From Escherichia phage JS98: a stretch of DNA of 64,000 bases. Positions within the stretch are counted from its first letter, which is position 1, and every line of letters starts with the position of its first letter. Both the position numbers and the translations under genes were made by a program. Where the stretch lies: sequence record NC_010105.1; one strand, given 5' to 3'. This document shows, piece after piece, positions 21,365 to 32,251 of this stretch. The notes beneath the pieces were generated by a model. It searched no databases and was not told the DNA's origin. It was given only the letters and a program-made list of their open reading frames with translations.

Positions 21365-21839
21365 TAAAGAGATTTCCATTCCTAAATTGGGTCTTAAACA
21401 CCAAAAATTGGTTAAAGATGAAAAAGACCCTTATAAAGCTCTTCATATATTAATGAGTTCCATTTATAAGGGTTTAACTGCAGCCGAAACCGATTTCGCT
21501 GCTCTTCATCTTTTAGAATTCAACGGACGGCTAAAAGAAAAGGTAACTAAGGATGGGTTTACGTATAACCTAAATGACCTTTATATCTGCCAACGTCTTG
21601 AATTCCAATTCCAAGGTAAAACATTTAAATTTAAATCACATGAACCGTTCCAAACATTTGGTCCTGTTGATAGTGTATTACAATCCCTTTACCTTGGGGA
21701 CGATGTACCAGATTTTCTGGATATGCCTGCCTTTGTTGCTACATGGGCCGACGATATAACTTCTACTGTAGCTATCCCTGGTCCTAATGGTCCTATTAAA
21801 GGATTGCTTAAAATCATGGATATCTTAAATGAAGAATGA
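21318..21839 (+). CDS. 28: Baseplate hub distal subunit gp28
   Basis: Start set at [11 protein letters not shown] (ORF track 21276); ~173 aa. Confidence 0.75.
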   Translation: MNLKLILPIKKITLGDKEISIPKLGLKHQKLVKDEKDPYKALHILMSSIYKGLTAAETDFAALHLLEFNGRLKEKVTKDGFTYNLNDLYICQRLEFQFQGKTFKFKSHEPFQTFGPVDSVLQSLYLGDDVPDFLDMPAFVATWADDITSTVAIPGPNGPIKGLLKIMDILNEE

Positions 21840-23565
21840 ATCTAATCAGAATAGTTTTCGTCGCAATAAACTGATTGAAGAAATGGCTCCTCAGCGTCGT
21901 GCTGAGGCGCTAGCCCAAACCCAGAACGACGAATTAGGAAATATAACAGAAGCTTTATCAGAAACCCAGGCGGCGTCTGAATTGCTCTCTGAAGTTGTTG
22001 AAACAAAGTCTAATCAGATTATTAATTCTATAGACCGAGTAGATAAAAGTGTTCAAGATGTTGTCGCCGGAACAGAATTAACGGCTGAAGCTATATCAGA
22101 GCAAACCCAACAATCTAAAGCTCTTTCGGATGCATTAAACGAAAAGATTAATAAGCTTTCTAATATGTTGGAGGCTAAATTCTCTGGTATTTCTATTCCG
22201 CCGGAAGGGAGCTCGTTAAAGGTTATTGAAGACTCTATTCCTGAAGAACCTAAGGCTGAAACTCCTAAAGTTCCTGCTGTTATTGAAGATATTCTTCCGC
22301 CTGAAGATAATAAACCTGACGCTGAATTTGTACCAGAGCCTCCTAAAAATTCGGATGAAGGTAAAGAAGGTGATAAGTCTTCTCTTTCCGATAAAATCGA
22401 AGCCCTTACAAAAATAACCGAAAAAGGATTTAAAGCTTCTATAGGCGTCGCTGATAGAATTTCAGGTATGCTTTTTAAGTATACTATTACTGCCGCCGCT
22501 GAAGCTGCTAAACTCGCCGCAGGCCTAGCCCTTTTAATATTTGGTATAGATGCTATTCGTGTATACTTCCAATATTTCATGGACCAATTTAATGAAGGAT
22601 GGAAAAAATTTAACGATAAGTTTAAAGAGTGGGGACCCGTACTTGAAGGCTTAATGACCTGGGCCAAGAATGCTGAAGCTATGTTTAGCGAAAGAAATTG
22701 GCTAGGTCTGGCTGAAGCTATTATTCGCGGTATGGTTAATCTTACCAAAAATATGGCACAACTGTTAATGCTCGGTATTTCTAAATTGATTTCTGCTATT
22801 TTAAGTAAAATACCGGGTATGGGTGATTTGGCTGAAAACGTAGAGGCATCCGCTTTAATGTCGTATCAACAAAATACCGGAGCCACTTTAGATGACGAAG
22901 ACCAAACTAAAGTAGCCAAGTACCATGATAGACGTTCAGCTGAGGCTTTAGAAACAGCCGAGAAAATGAATAAGAAGTATAAGGGTAAACCTGAGCTTAT
23001 AAACCAGGCAGAGAAATACGGTAACCTTACTAAAGAACAAGCCGACCAATTACGCGCTGGTGGAATTGACACAAGCTTCCGTGACCTCCCTGAAGAAGAA
23101 CGTTTAGAGTATTTTAAGAAACGTGATAAAGCCCAGGCTGATATTATTCGTTTAACTCAAACCGCCGATAATATAATGAAGCCTGATTCTAAAGATATCG
23201 AAAATGCCAAGGCATTTAAAGCGGATATCGAGAAACAATTGGCTGACCCTATTATGGCTAAAGGTGGAGCACCTAAGGACCTTAATATCCAGCAATTACT
23301 TGATAAGATGAATAAATCTTTAGAGAAATTTAATGAAGCTGAAAAGCCTAAACCTGCTTCTGTAGCGGAATCTCCTGAAAATACTCAGGTTAAAAAGGTT
23401 GACGAGCAAATGAGAGCAAAGGAAAATGCTAAATATAGTCAGCAAGCTCCAACTCAAATAAATCAGCAAACGAATATCAAGAAAACGAGTAAGACTAGTT
23501 ATAATTTACCACCACAGTCTTCCACTCCTGCTCCTGGTATGCGTCAAGCTACTAAAGTTAATTAG
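21829..23565 (+). CDS. 29: Baseplate hub / tail-length determinator gp29
   Basis: 578 aa, coiled-coil/tape-measure-like, position after gene 28. Confidence 0.85.
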   Translation: MKNESNQNSFRRNKLIEEMAPQRRAEALAQTQNDELGNITEALSETQAASELLSEVVETKSNQIINSIDRVDKSVQDVVAGTELTAEAISEQTQQSKALSDALNEKINKLSNMLEAKFSGISIPPEGSSLKVIEDSIPEEPKAETPKVPAVIEDILPPEDNKPDAEFVPEPPKNSDEGKEGDKSSLSDKIEALTKITEKGFKASIGVADRISGMLFKYTITAAAEAAKLAAGLALLIFGIDAIRVYFQYFMDQFNEGWKKFNDKFKEWGPVLEGLMTWAKNAEAMFSERNWLGLAEAIIRGMVNLTKNMAQLLMLGISKLISAILSKIPGMGDLAENVEASALMSYQQNTGATLDDEDQTKVAKYHDRRSAEALETAEKMNKKYKGKPELINQAEKYGNLTKEQADQLRAGGIDTSFRDLPEEERLEYFKKRDKAQADIIRLTQTADNIMKPDSKDIENAKAFKADIEKQLADPIMAKGGAPKDLNIQQLLDKMNKSLEKFNEAEKPKPASVAESPENTQVKKVDEQMRAKENAKYSQQAPTQINQQTNIKKTSKTSYNLPPQSSTPAPGMRQATKVN

Positions 23566-23567
23566 GA

Positions 23568-24662
23568 ATGATAATGAAAGTAAAAGAAATTGACATTGAC
23601 GTAGCCTCCTTATTTAAAGGAGGTTCAAAAACCTCCGCGGGCCAATCTAAAGCTAAACCGGCCCAAACTACGGTAACTGCCCAGTATCCGGCCGAAAGGG
23701 CCTCCGGCAATGATACCTCTACAGATATGGTGTTAAACGATTTATATAAAAATGGATTACTTTTTACGGCATATAATTTTAGCTCTCGCGTATCACCTGA
23801 TTTACGTAACGACCGCTCAAGCCAAATGACCAAAAAGTTTTCAAAAGCTGCAGGTAAACTTACCAGTAATACTGGAGGGTTCAGTGCTGTTAAAAACCTG
23901 TTTAGTAACAACTCTAAAGGAGTTAAATTTGATAGCCAGGCTTTAGCCAATATTTTGCTCCCTCGTTCTAAATCTGATGTTGATTCGGTTACGCATAAAT
24001 TTAATGATGTAGGCGAATCATTAATTACTAAAGGTGGTGGTACTGCTACGGGTATTTTGAGTAACGTTGCCAGTACTGCTGTATTTGGTGCATTGGAATC
24101 TGTAACTAACGGTGTAATGGCCGATTCCGGTGAGCAAATATACACAACCGCACGTAGTATGTATGCAGGACCAGATAACCGTACTAAGGTATTCACTTGG
24201 GAAATGACCCCTAGAAACGCCCAAGACCTTATTCAGATTATTAAAATATACGAAATCTTTAATTACTATTCTTATGGTGAAACAGGCAACTCTGCCTTTG
24301 CCGGTGAATTAAAAGAGAAGATTGATACTTGGTACCGTTCCACATTTAAAAAAGAAGCTATTGATAACTTTGACGGCAAGCTATTAGGAGAAGGTATCAC
24401 AAGTTTCCTTTCTAATGTTATTGTGGTAAGTAACCCAACTATTTGGTATATTCGAAACTTTGGTAATACAAGTTCATATGACGGACGTGAAGATATTTTC
24501 GGACCGTGCCAAATCCAAAGTATACGATTTGATAAAACTCCCGACGGACATTTTAATGGTTTGGCTATTGCTCCTAACTTACCATCCACGTTTAGTTTAG
24601 AAGTTACTTTCCGTGAAATCATTACTTTGAACCGTGGCTCACTTTATACGGAAGGATTCTAA
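23568..24662 (+). CDS. 48: Baseplate tail tube cap gp48
   Basis: 364 aa, same as T4 gp48; gene order. Confidence 0.85.
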   Translation: MIMKVKEIDIDVASLFKGGSKTSAGQSKAKPAQTTVTAQYPAERASGNDTSTDMVLNDLYKNGLLFTAYNFSSRVSPDLRNDRSSQMTKKFSKAAGKLTSNTGGFSAVKNLFSNNSKGVKFDSQALANILLPRSKSDVDSVTHKFNDVGESLITKGGGTATGILSNVASTAVFGALESVTNGVMADSGEQIYTTARSMYAGPDNRTKVFTWEMTPRNAQDLIQIIKIYEIFNYYSYGETGNSAFAGELKEKIDTWYRSTFKKEAIDNFDGKLLGEGITSFLSNVIVVSNPTIWYIRNFGNTSSYDGREDIFGPCQIQSIRFDKTPDGHFNGLAIAPNLPSTFSLEVTFREIITLNRGSLYTEGF

Positions 24663-25615
24663 TGTATACTTTACAAGAATTTCAAAACCAGGCAATTAAT
24701 ATTGACCTACAAAGGAATAACCTGTTTAGTGTAGTATTTGCTACAGTTCCTTCTTCTAAATCCCAAGCGCTCCTCGACCAGTTCGGTGGAGCTTTATTTA
24801 ACAATATCCCGTTGAATACCGATTTGTTTGGAATTACCCAAGGAGATTTAACCCAAGGTGTTACGACATTAGTGACAGCGGGCACTCAGAAGTTGATTCG
24901 TAAGTCAGGCATAAGTAAATATCTGATTGGAGCTATGTCATCCAGGGTTGTGCAGAGCTTACTAGGTGAGTTTGAAGTCGGAACTTATCTTATGGATTTT
25001 TTCAATATGGCTTATCCTACGGCGGGTCTTTTAGTCCATGCCGTTAAAATTCCGGATAATACTTTGAACTATGAAATGGATTTGAACCACAACTCGCCTA
25101 ATATCAAAATTACCGGAAGAGAATATTCCCCATTGGTATTAAGCTTCCGTATGGATTCTGAAGCTGCTAACTACCGTGCTTTTAATGATTGGGTCAATAG
25201 TGTCCAAGACCCTATTACACAATTAAGAGCATTGCCTGAAGATGTTGAAGCTGACATCCAAGTCAACCTTCATTCTCGTAATGGATTGCCACATACGGTG
25301 GTAATGCTTAATGGATGTGTTCCTGTTAGTGTTTCATCGCCGGAATTATCCTATGATGGTGATAACCAAATTGCTTCGTTTGATGTTACATTTGCTTATA
25401 GAAGTGTGCAGACAGGTGCAGTTGGTAAACAAGCTGCTTATGAATGGCTGGAAGATAAAGTCCTTAAAGGCGTAGCAGGTATAAGTGAGAGTAACTCATT
25501 AAGTGCTTCTGTAGCTAAATTAAGCCGACTTTCAGGAGCTTCTAGTGGATTGACCGGATTGGTTAATACATTTGGTGGGCGTGCTATTAATAATGGAATA
25601 TCCAGGTTGCTATAA
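24662..25615 (+). CDS. 54: Baseplate tail tube initiator gp54
   Basis: 317 aa (T4 gp54 320 aa); gene order. Confidence 0.85.
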   Translation: MYTLQEFQNQAINIDLQRNNLFSVVFATVPSSKSQALLDQFGGALFNNIPLNTDLFGITQGDLTQGVTTLVTAGTQKLIRKSGISKYLIGAMSSRVVQSLLGEFEVGTYLMDFFNMAYPTAGLLVHAVKIPDNTLNYEMDLNHNSPNIKITGREYSPLVLSFRMDSEAANYRAFNDWVNSVQDPITQLRALPEDVEADIQVNLHSRNGLPHTVVMLNGCVPVSVSSPELSYDGDNQIASFDVTFAYRSVQTGAVGKQAAYEWLEDKVLKGVAGISESNSLSASVAKLSRLSGASSGLTGLVNTFGGRAINNGISRLL

Positions 25616-25620
25616 CAAAA

Positions 25621-25645
25621 AAGGAGAGCGTAAGCTCTCCTTTAG
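25621..25645. terminator. Bidirectional terminator after gene 54 (GGAGAGC-gtaa-GCTCTCC then TTT)
   Basis: 7-bp stem, GNRA-type loop, between convergent genes. Confidence 0.65.
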
Positions 25646-25649
25646 GGGT

Positions 25650-25940
25650 TTATTTACGGAACGAAATGAAACCTGCTGCTGTCATTAATGGCTGCTTTTT
25701 AACAAAGACCGTAATAGAAATAGGAGCTTCAGATTCAAGCTGGCCGGTTACTACACCATTAAAGATATTTTCAGTTTGTTCGGGTTGTGAAAAATTTTCA
25801 ATTGGACGTAAGTCGAACTGCTTGTCTTCGCCGAAAACTCGACGTAATTCATTACCGACTGCACTGTCGAACTCTTCAGAAGCAGGGATAACGTTTTCAA
25901 CTACCAGTTCTTGACCGTTAAAGCGGAATGCAGATTTCAT
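25650..25940 (-). CDS. Hypothetical protein (96 aa), alt-downstream small ORF
   Basis: ORF between alt and gene 54, where T4 carries alt.-1/-2/-3. Confidence 0.45.
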   Translation of the reverse strand: MKSAFRFNGQELVVENVIPASEEFDSAVGNELRRVFGEDKQFDLRPIENFSQPEQTENIFNGVVTGQLESEAPISITVFVKKQPLMTAAGFISFRK

Positions 25941-25997
25941 AATGTTCTCCTCATGTTTGTGTAAGGTAATAGTACCACATCCTTGTGGTGTTGTAAA

Positions 25998-28124
25998 CTA
26001 CATTTTGAATTTATTTGGTAAAGAAGAGATGTCCAAAGATGCAGCAAGGATTTCCATAGCCTCATTACTTTCTGAAACAGATTCTGAAACTAGGAATTCT
26101 TTAAACCCGTTCATCAATTTAACTTCACCGGTTTCCATCAGATGGTCACCATCGTAAACGGACTCACTGAGTTCTGAAGGAGATGTCACTGTAGCTTCCA
26201 TAAGGTATTTGTGAGATACTCTATCATTCATAGCAAAAGCCGCTACTTTATCAACCTTCAACAATAATCCTCGCGGAAGGATAATTTCTGCTTCTTCGGA
26301 ATATTCTGTAAGGTCACCAGGAGCGATAACTTTAACTGCTTCAGCACCTCGAATAACCATACCGATTTCAGCAATCCTGTCTGCAGGGCCTTCAGGTGCA
26401 ATTGGATTACCGAACTCGTCTTCTTCCCATTCTACCTCTTCATCATCAACTTCGCCTACATCAGATGAACTACCACTGGCTAATTTAAACAACTCATCAG
26501 CGGAGGATAAAGAACCTTCATCACCAACAAAAACTGCTTGGTTGTCGAGGGCCATATAATTTTTACCAAATTCGCCAAAGATATTAGGCTTTAATGAAGC
26601 AGACACAAAGTTCTTAAAGTAAAATGTTTTGTTATCAATATTATGGCGCAGAATTTTGTATGGTAAATCCTGACCACGATACAAAATAGTACCCTTAGGA
26701 AGTTTAATACCCTTGGTAAATGCTGAGTCTAAATCCTTAATCAATTTAATAGCTGTTGTATTGTTTTCGGATTCAGGTTTACCTAAAAGGAATAAGTTCA
26801 TAGGAGCATATTCAGCCGCACAATATTCAATAATGGCATTGCTTTCGTCTTTGGTCAAGCCCTTAGGTTTAATGAGCTCGCCTGAATAAGCATATGCATC
26901 GCTAATAGAATCGTTAATCAGTTTATAAACGGCTTCCATAGCGAAAGCAATTCGGGATGCTTTCTCTGAAGGAGACCCCTGAAAACGGGCACTCAGGTTA
27001 TTAACAATTCTCTTAATAATATCCAGACTATTGGTAGTATTGATTTGAGAAAGGCCACTTAAAAGTCTATCGACTTCCGTATTAAAAAATGCCATATTAT
27101 TAGAGTAAATTTCAAACCCTTGTTTATCTCTATTAGCATAATTTAGTTTAAATTTACTATCAGTCATTAAAGCGTGCGTGAGAGCAATGGTGTATCTAAA
27201 GTTGGCAAGGTCCTCACTCTTAGATTTAAACTGAGAGGCCTGACGCATTTTAGTAATAGCACCTTTTTTAAAGTTCTGACTAATCTGCTCAATACCTTCG
27301 TTCTCAGGGCCTTCGGCCGAGTGAACAGGGACAGAAGCTTCAAACTCGTTATAAACCTGCAATTCTTTAGGTGATAAAGTTTCAGGTTCGGCAGTAGAAT
27401 ACTGCGCTGCTGCAGCCATACGACGGGAAATCTTAGTACGAGAAATAACAGCCTTATCGGTACGTTTCTCTTCAACCTGTGCAATAGATGCTGCTACGGC
27501 TTCGACCTTACTTACAGCCTGGCCGGTTTTCTTAGAAACATAAACTTCACCGACTTTAGACTCAACCTTGGTATAAAGGTCCGCATCAATTTCAGGCATA
27601 CCCTTGATATCTTCGATATTAGTGCCACGACGTGCTAAAAGAACGTATGTATGTTTACCACTAAACTGGAACATATCATCGACAACTTTAAACTTACCAC
27701 CGGTACGGGCCATCGCCAAACGAGCTAATACACGCTGAACAGTAGGGCCTTTACCTTTCATTTTCTTGGTAGGGAAACGGAATAAAACCGCATCCATTTT
27801 AAGTTTATTTACTTGTTCGTATATCGTATCGAAAATAGTATTCAATGTACCAAGTGGGTCGGAACCAAGGCCACCTTTGAGTTCAGCCGGGGCACCCTTG
27901 CTCGACAAACTCATTAAAATAACATGGACATATTTGTCGCCTGGCTTAACCATTTTAATAGCGTCTCCTTGAGACGCATAAGATACCATACGAGCAACCA
28001 GGTTATCGTTACCCGGTGCATGGATAGAGAAAATCTGTGGAATACCGGAACCCGGTTTAAGATTTGTTACTGGATAGTTTTTAGCGGAATCACTATCAAA
28101 AACCTCGTTTAAATTTTCCATCAT
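25998..28124 (-). CDS. Alt-family ADP-ribosyltransferase, paralog 2 (708 aa)
   Basis: Shares N-terminal (M.E.LNEVF.S) and C-terminal blocks with the upstream alt: RGQ/RAQ, FYFKNFVSASL, EIILPRGLL.K.DK. Confidence 0.85.
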   Translation of the reverse strand: MMENLNEVFDSDSAKNYPVTNLKPGSGIPQIFSIHAPGNDNLVARMVSYASQGDAIKMVKPGDKYVHVILMSLSSKGAPAELKGGLGSDPLGTLNTIFDTIYEQVNKLKMDAVLFRFPTKKMKGKGPTVQRVLARLAMARTGGKFKVVDDMFQFSGKHTYVLLARRGTNIEDIKGMPEIDADLYTKVESKVGEVYVSKKTGQAVSKVEAVAASIAQVEEKRTDKAVISRTKISRRMAAAAQYSTAEPETLSPKELQVYNEFEASVPVHSAEGPENEGIEQISQNFKKGAITKMRQASQFKSKSEDLANFRYTIALTHALMTDSKFKLNYANRDKQGFEIYSNNMAFFNTEVDRLLSGLSQINTTNSLDIIKRIVNNLSARFQGSPSEKASRIAFAMEAVYKLINDSISDAYAYSGELIKPKGLTKDESNAIIEYCAAEYAPMNLFLLGKPESENNTTAIKLIKDLDSAFTKGIKLPKGTILYRGQDLPYKILRHNIDNKTFYFKNFVSASLKPNIFGEFGKNYMALDNQAVFVGDEGSLSSADELFKLASGSSSDVGEVDDEEVEWEEDEFGNPIAPEGPADRIAEIGMVIRGAEAVKVIAPGDLTEYSEEAEIILPRGLLLKVDKVAAFAMNDRVSHKYLMEATVTSPSELSESVYDGDHLMETGEVKLMNGFKEFLVSESVSESNEAMEILAASLDISSLPNKFKM

Positions 28125-30212
28125 TTACCCTTGGATGAATTTTTCTGGTATGCCATAGAGGTCTATGCATGAAGCCAAAAGAGGCAGTACGTCAAACCGT
28201 GTAGATTTAACAAATGAATCAAAAGATACAGGGCTTTCGGAAGTATCGAAGTCATCTTGGTATACGACCAACTCACCAGTTTCCATTAGTACGTCACCAT
28301 CATACACTACAGATTCTTGAAGCTCATCTGATGTCATAACTTCAGCTTGAATAAATTTATTGTTAGACACCGCCCCAGAACCAGTATTGGCTGATGCATC
28401 CACGATTTTATCTATTTTTACAAGTAGCCCGCGTGGTAAAATTATTTCCTTTTCGTTGGCATGCATGCTTAATTGGCCAGGATAAATCACGTTAACCTTA
28501 TGAGCGCCACTAATAGCCCAGCCAACATCAACACGGATTTGATCCGGTGCATACATATGTGTACGCACTTGACTAGCCGAGATGGTAACGCCTTCGTCAT
28601 TATTATCAATGTTTAATTCTTTTCGAACATCATCGGAAGCAAGACCAATAGCCGCATTCTCTTTAAAGCCACCAAAAATGATTGGAGCCAATGAGGTTGA
28701 AACATAGTTTCTAAAATAGAATACCTTATTTTTAACTAATGCTTCGTAGATAGGCGCGCGCAAAGATTGTGCTCTATAAACCATTATTCCTTCAGGTAAA
28801 CGGTCACCATTTTTAAAGGCAGAATCCATTCCATCAATAGCACGTTTAACTTCGCTTTCGTCCAAAACTTCATAAAAGCCCGGTTTATAACGGCCAAGAA
28901 GGACATTGTTAATATCAATATAAGCTGAAGAGGCGTATTCTCTGATAGCTCGTTTTTCTGCAAGTGTATATTGTTTAGGGTCTCGAGATGTTGTTATATT
29001 AAGAATTTCTCTAGTTGATTCTATAGCGTATGTATACATTATCTTAGACAAGAATGAAGACTTACGTTGTTTCCATACTCTTTCACTGTTTTCATTCAAT
29101 ATCTCTTTTTCCAAATGGAAATTGTCTTTTCTATAATCTTCAAACCAATCACTTTTAATAGATTCTGCGATTTCATTAGCAGCTTCAACAAAGGCGGCTA
29201 AAGCTTTAACTGACGTGGTTTTTTCATTTTTAATTTTTTTGACAAATTTTTCTAAAGAAGAGTTAATTTTATCACCGTAAGAAACTTCATCCGCAAATTT
29301 AAATGAATCATCCATAGTATTATAAATTTTAAAATCAATAGCCGTAGCCAGCTTATCCTTAGCTGTTTCGGATGATAATGATAATTCAACTTCGGCTGCT
29401 TGTGGAATTAATTCCGCCGTAGCAGGCGCACTGAACTCATTGGCAGTTTGTTCATATTTCTGAAATAATTCACCTTCATTACGGTCTGCTTCTAATGACT
29501 GGCTTGCCGCAATCGCACGACGAGAAATCTTAGTCTTGGTTATAACCATTTTATCAGTGCGACGTTCTTCAACTTTAGCAATACTGCCGGCAATAGCGGT
29601 TTCTTTAGTAACCTGAGCGCCTTCTTTTTTAGAAATATAAACTTCACCAACATCAGAATCTACCTTAGTATATAATTCGGCATTAATTCCAGGCATACCT
29701 TTGATATCTTCGATATCAGCTTGTTTACGAACTACTAGGATATAAGTATGTTTACCGGTAAATTGGTACATGGCTGGAACTACTTTAAAACGTCCACCGG
29801 TTTTCTGTGCTACCAAACGTTGGATAATCCGTTGGACAATAGGTCCTTGTCCTTTCATTTTCTTGGTTGGAAAACGGAACATCACAGCATCCATACGAAG
29901 CTTTTTAACTTGTTCGAATACTACGTCGAAAATGGTATTAATAGCATCAATAGGAGTAGGGCCTAATCCACCTTTAAGTTCGGCTGGAGTACCTTTAGCT
30001 GATAAACTCATCAAAATAACGTGGGCATATTTATCACCTAATTTAACCTGTTTAATAGCATCGCCTTCAGAGGCATAAGATACCATACGAGCAACTAATT
30101 GGGATTCGGCGTCGCCAATCTTCCAAATCTGGGGTACTTTAAGTTTTGGGTTTAAGTTTACAGTAGGCAGGGTGCCTTCGGACTCAAACACCTCATTCAA
30201 TTGTTCGGTCAT
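28125..30212 (-). CDS. alt: Alt ADP-ribosyltransferase (capsid-packaged, injected), paralog 1 (695 aa)
   Basis: Position upstream of gene 30 as in T4; R-S-E type ART motifs (YRAQ, FYFRNYVSTSL, EKEIILPRGLLVKIDK). Confidence 0.85.
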   Translation of the reverse strand: MTEQLNEVFESEGTLPTVNLNPKLKVPQIWKIGDAESQLVARMVSYASEGDAIKQVKLGDKYAHVILMSLSAKGTPAELKGGLGPTPIDAINTIFDVVFEQVKKLRMDAVMFRFPTKKMKGQGPIVQRIIQRLVAQKTGGRFKVVPAMYQFTGKHTYILVVRKQADIEDIKGMPGINAELYTKVDSDVGEVYISKKEGAQVTKETAIAGSIAKVEERRTDKMVITKTKISRRAIAASQSLEADRNEGELFQKYEQTANEFSAPATAELIPQAAEVELSLSSETAKDKLATAIDFKIYNTMDDSFKFADEVSYGDKINSSLEKFVKKIKNEKTTSVKALAAFVEAANEIAESIKSDWFEDYRKDNFHLEKEILNENSERVWKQRKSSFLSKIMYTYAIESTREILNITTSRDPKQYTLAEKRAIREYASSAYIDINNVLLGRYKPGFYEVLDESEVKRAIDGMDSAFKNGDRLPEGIMVYRAQSLRAPIYEALVKNKVFYFRNYVSTSLAPIIFGGFKENAAIGLASDDVRKELNIDNNDEGVTISASQVRTHMYAPDQIRVDVGWAISGAHKVNVIYPGQLSMHANEKEIILPRGLLVKIDKIVDASANTGSGAVSNNKFIQAEVMTSDELQESVVYDGDVLMETGELVVYQDDFDTSESPVSFDSFVKSTRFDVLPLLASCIDLYGIPEKFIQG

Positions 30213-30234
30213 AATAATTCCTCTTTAATAACCG

Positions 30235-30242
30235 TATTTATG
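30235..30242 (-). promoter_or_regulatory. Variant late promoter (CATAAATA on minus strand) upstream of alt
   Basis: One mismatch to TATAAATA, ~22 nt upstream of alt ATG, followed by GAGGA SD. Confidence 0.4.
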
Positions 30243-30248
30243 CCATAA

Positions 30249-30264
30249 AAGGCCCGAAGGCCTT
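30249..30264 (-). terminator. Hairpin AAGGCC-cgaa-GGCCTT plus U-run on minus strand, upstream of alt promoter
   Basis: 6-bp GC stem; minus-strand TTTT follows. Confidence 0.5.
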
Positions 30265-30433
30265 AAAGTGGTAGCAACGTACGATATACTTCGAATGTCG
30301 GGCCTTTTTCATAGCCGTCAAACACGTCTTTAAAATCGGCAAAAGCTATTTCATCCTCAAACTCTAGGATGATTTGAGAGGCCGCAGTGTTATTTGTGTT
30401 TGTTACAACAATTGTTTCTAAATAAGCTTTCAT
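30263..30433 (-). CDS. Hypothetical small protein (56 aa from internal Met)
   Basis: ORF immediately after ligase stop; start chosen to avoid overlap. Confidence 0.35.
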   Translation of the reverse strand: MKAYLETIVVTNTNNTAASQIILEFEDEIAFADFKDVFDGYEKGPTFEVYRTLLPL

Positions 30434-30434
30434 A

Positions 30435-31958
30435 TTATAGTCCAGTTTGAGACCAATCACCAAATACATCTTCAAATGTATCAGCTTCAGTTTTATCGAA
30501 ACGCCAACCTTTAATAATTGGAAGGAAAATACCTACAGTATCAGTACGTCCTTTAGAATGAACCCAACCATTACATTCACAGTCAGCAATACGTCCAATC
30601 AACTTACCTTCACGAGCTTGTTTCATAAGAAGTTCACGGTCTAAATCAGGGCGGTCTTCTAATGGAATCAACACCTTTTTACCTGATTTATCTTTCTTAT
30701 GGGTAGTATCTTTAAAGCCTGAGCCGCAGTCACTTGTAATTCGACGACAACGTGATACCAACTCGACACCGCCAAGTTTGTTAGGGTCCTTCGAGTGTTC
30801 ATAATAACCTACCACTTCTAAAGCGATATCGATTACTTCTTTGAACTTGATAAGATTCTTAGAACGGCGGTTTTCCCAGTAGGAGTCCATGTTCTTAAGG
30901 ATAATACCTTCCAGGCCTTGGTCGACATATTTCTTATAAACGACTTTAGCTTCGTCAAGATTATTGACCCATTGGTTTTCGATAGCTTCAACACGCGTTG
31001 TACCATGCAATACGACATTATGAGCAACCATAAGTTCTAAGGCAGTAAAGCGTACATCGTACTTATCGCCTTTAATTTTACCTTCGGAATATACGACATC
31101 CAATGGGACATAATCCCACGCCTGTAACACCATACCTGCTGCTTCGGTTGGGGTAATAGTTCCTTGAAGAGCCTTGTTAGCCAACCCGTTTGAAGTAGAA
31201 CGATCGGCTACGGTTTGGAATTCCTTGGCTTTACTTAATTCAGGAAGTTCCTCATCAAACATACTAAACAAATCATTAGATGCTTTAGGTTCTACTTTAG
31301 GAGTGTGGTAAACTAATTCGCCATCAATCATAACACCATTAGGATGGCGCTGTCGAGCTTCTTCGGTCATGGCCATTAATTCGGCCGCCAAAAGATTAAG
31401 CCCTTGGTATTCATTACCACCACGAGTAAGGAATGTTACGCCATCGTTACGAACTTCAGCAAAACAACGAGCACCGTCAGCTTTTAATTGGGCGAACGCG
31501 GGCCATTTAATATTTTTCTTAATCAAATCTTCATCATAAGAACTAGCCAACATTTGAGGTTGTTCAGGGATTAAACCTTTCCAAACCTTGTTAGCAATAG
31601 AAATCGATGCACCACATTCAAGGTCACGCATCATTACGCGACGTAATACCTCAGCGTCAGGACCCTTGGCATCAGCAATAATTTGGGCAAGCTCTTCAAT
31701 AGCAGCATTACCCGTAATCTTACGGGTGGCTAATGTGAACTCAGCGAAATCAAGAAGGTCTTCAAGTGTAATCATACCAAAGGATTGAGACGTAAATCCA
31801 GGTTCAGGCCACTTTTTAATACCGTAGTTCAGACGACGGGTATAAGCCATACGATATACACGTTTCAGAAGCTCGTTATCCTTTTCACGAGCAATAATAG
31901 CTTCTTTAGCTTTAGTAGAATCAATAGAAGCAATTTCGTTTAAAATATCTAAAATCAT
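30435..31958 (-). CDS. 30: DNA ligase gp30 (ATP-dependent)
   Basis: 507 aa; MILDILNEIASI...; adenylation motif KADGARCF; matches T4 ligase along length. Confidence 0.95.
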   Translation of the reverse strand: MILDILNEIASIDSTKAKEAIIAREKDNELLKRVYRMAYTRRLNYGIKKWPEPGFTSQSFGMITLEDLLDFAEFTLATRKITGNAAIEELAQIIADAKGPDAEVLRRVMMRDLECGASISIANKVWKGLIPEQPQMLASSYDEDLIKKNIKWPAFAQLKADGARCFAEVRNDGVTFLTRGGNEYQGLNLLAAELMAMTEEARQRHPNGVMIDGELVYHTPKVEPKASNDLFSMFDEELPELSKAKEFQTVADRSTSNGLANKALQGTITPTEAAGMVLQAWDYVPLDVVYSEGKIKGDKYDVRFTALELMVAHNVVLHGTTRVEAIENQWVNNLDEAKVVYKKYVDQGLEGIILKNMDSYWENRRSKNLIKFKEVIDIALEVVGYYEHSKDPNKLGGVELVSRCRRITSDCGSGFKDTTHKKDKSGKKVLIPLEDRPDLDRELLMKQAREGKLIGRIADCECNGWVHSKGRTDTVGIFLPIIKGWRFDKTEADTFEDVFGDWSQTGL

Positions 31959-32251
31959 TTTACCGTCCTTACAGTTTGTGTACTTCTATTATAAGCTACT
32001 TCATCTAAAAGCTCATTTAAAGTTTTGTGATACGATATAATACGCTTATCTTTAATATCATATTCAGTAACATACATAAATCCACGCCGAACACATTGGA
32101 TAAAGATATCTTCATCTTTGGCTTGGAAATATACAGGGTTCAATCGAAGGAATTGCCTAAAGTTTCCATAATCATGGGATTTAGGGATTCCATCAGTAAT
32201 AGTATGAACAACAAACATATTAACCTCGTGCAATCCATTCAACGGCTGCAT
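31955..32251 (-). CDS. Hypothetical protein (30.1-like position)
   Basis: 98 aa ORF directly upstream of ligase. Confidence 0.45.
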   Translation of the reverse strand: MQPLNGLHEVNMFVVHTITDGIPKSHDYGNFRQFLRLNPVYFQAKDEDIFIQCVRRGFMYVTEYDIKDKRIISYHKTLNELLDEVAYNRSTQTVRTVK

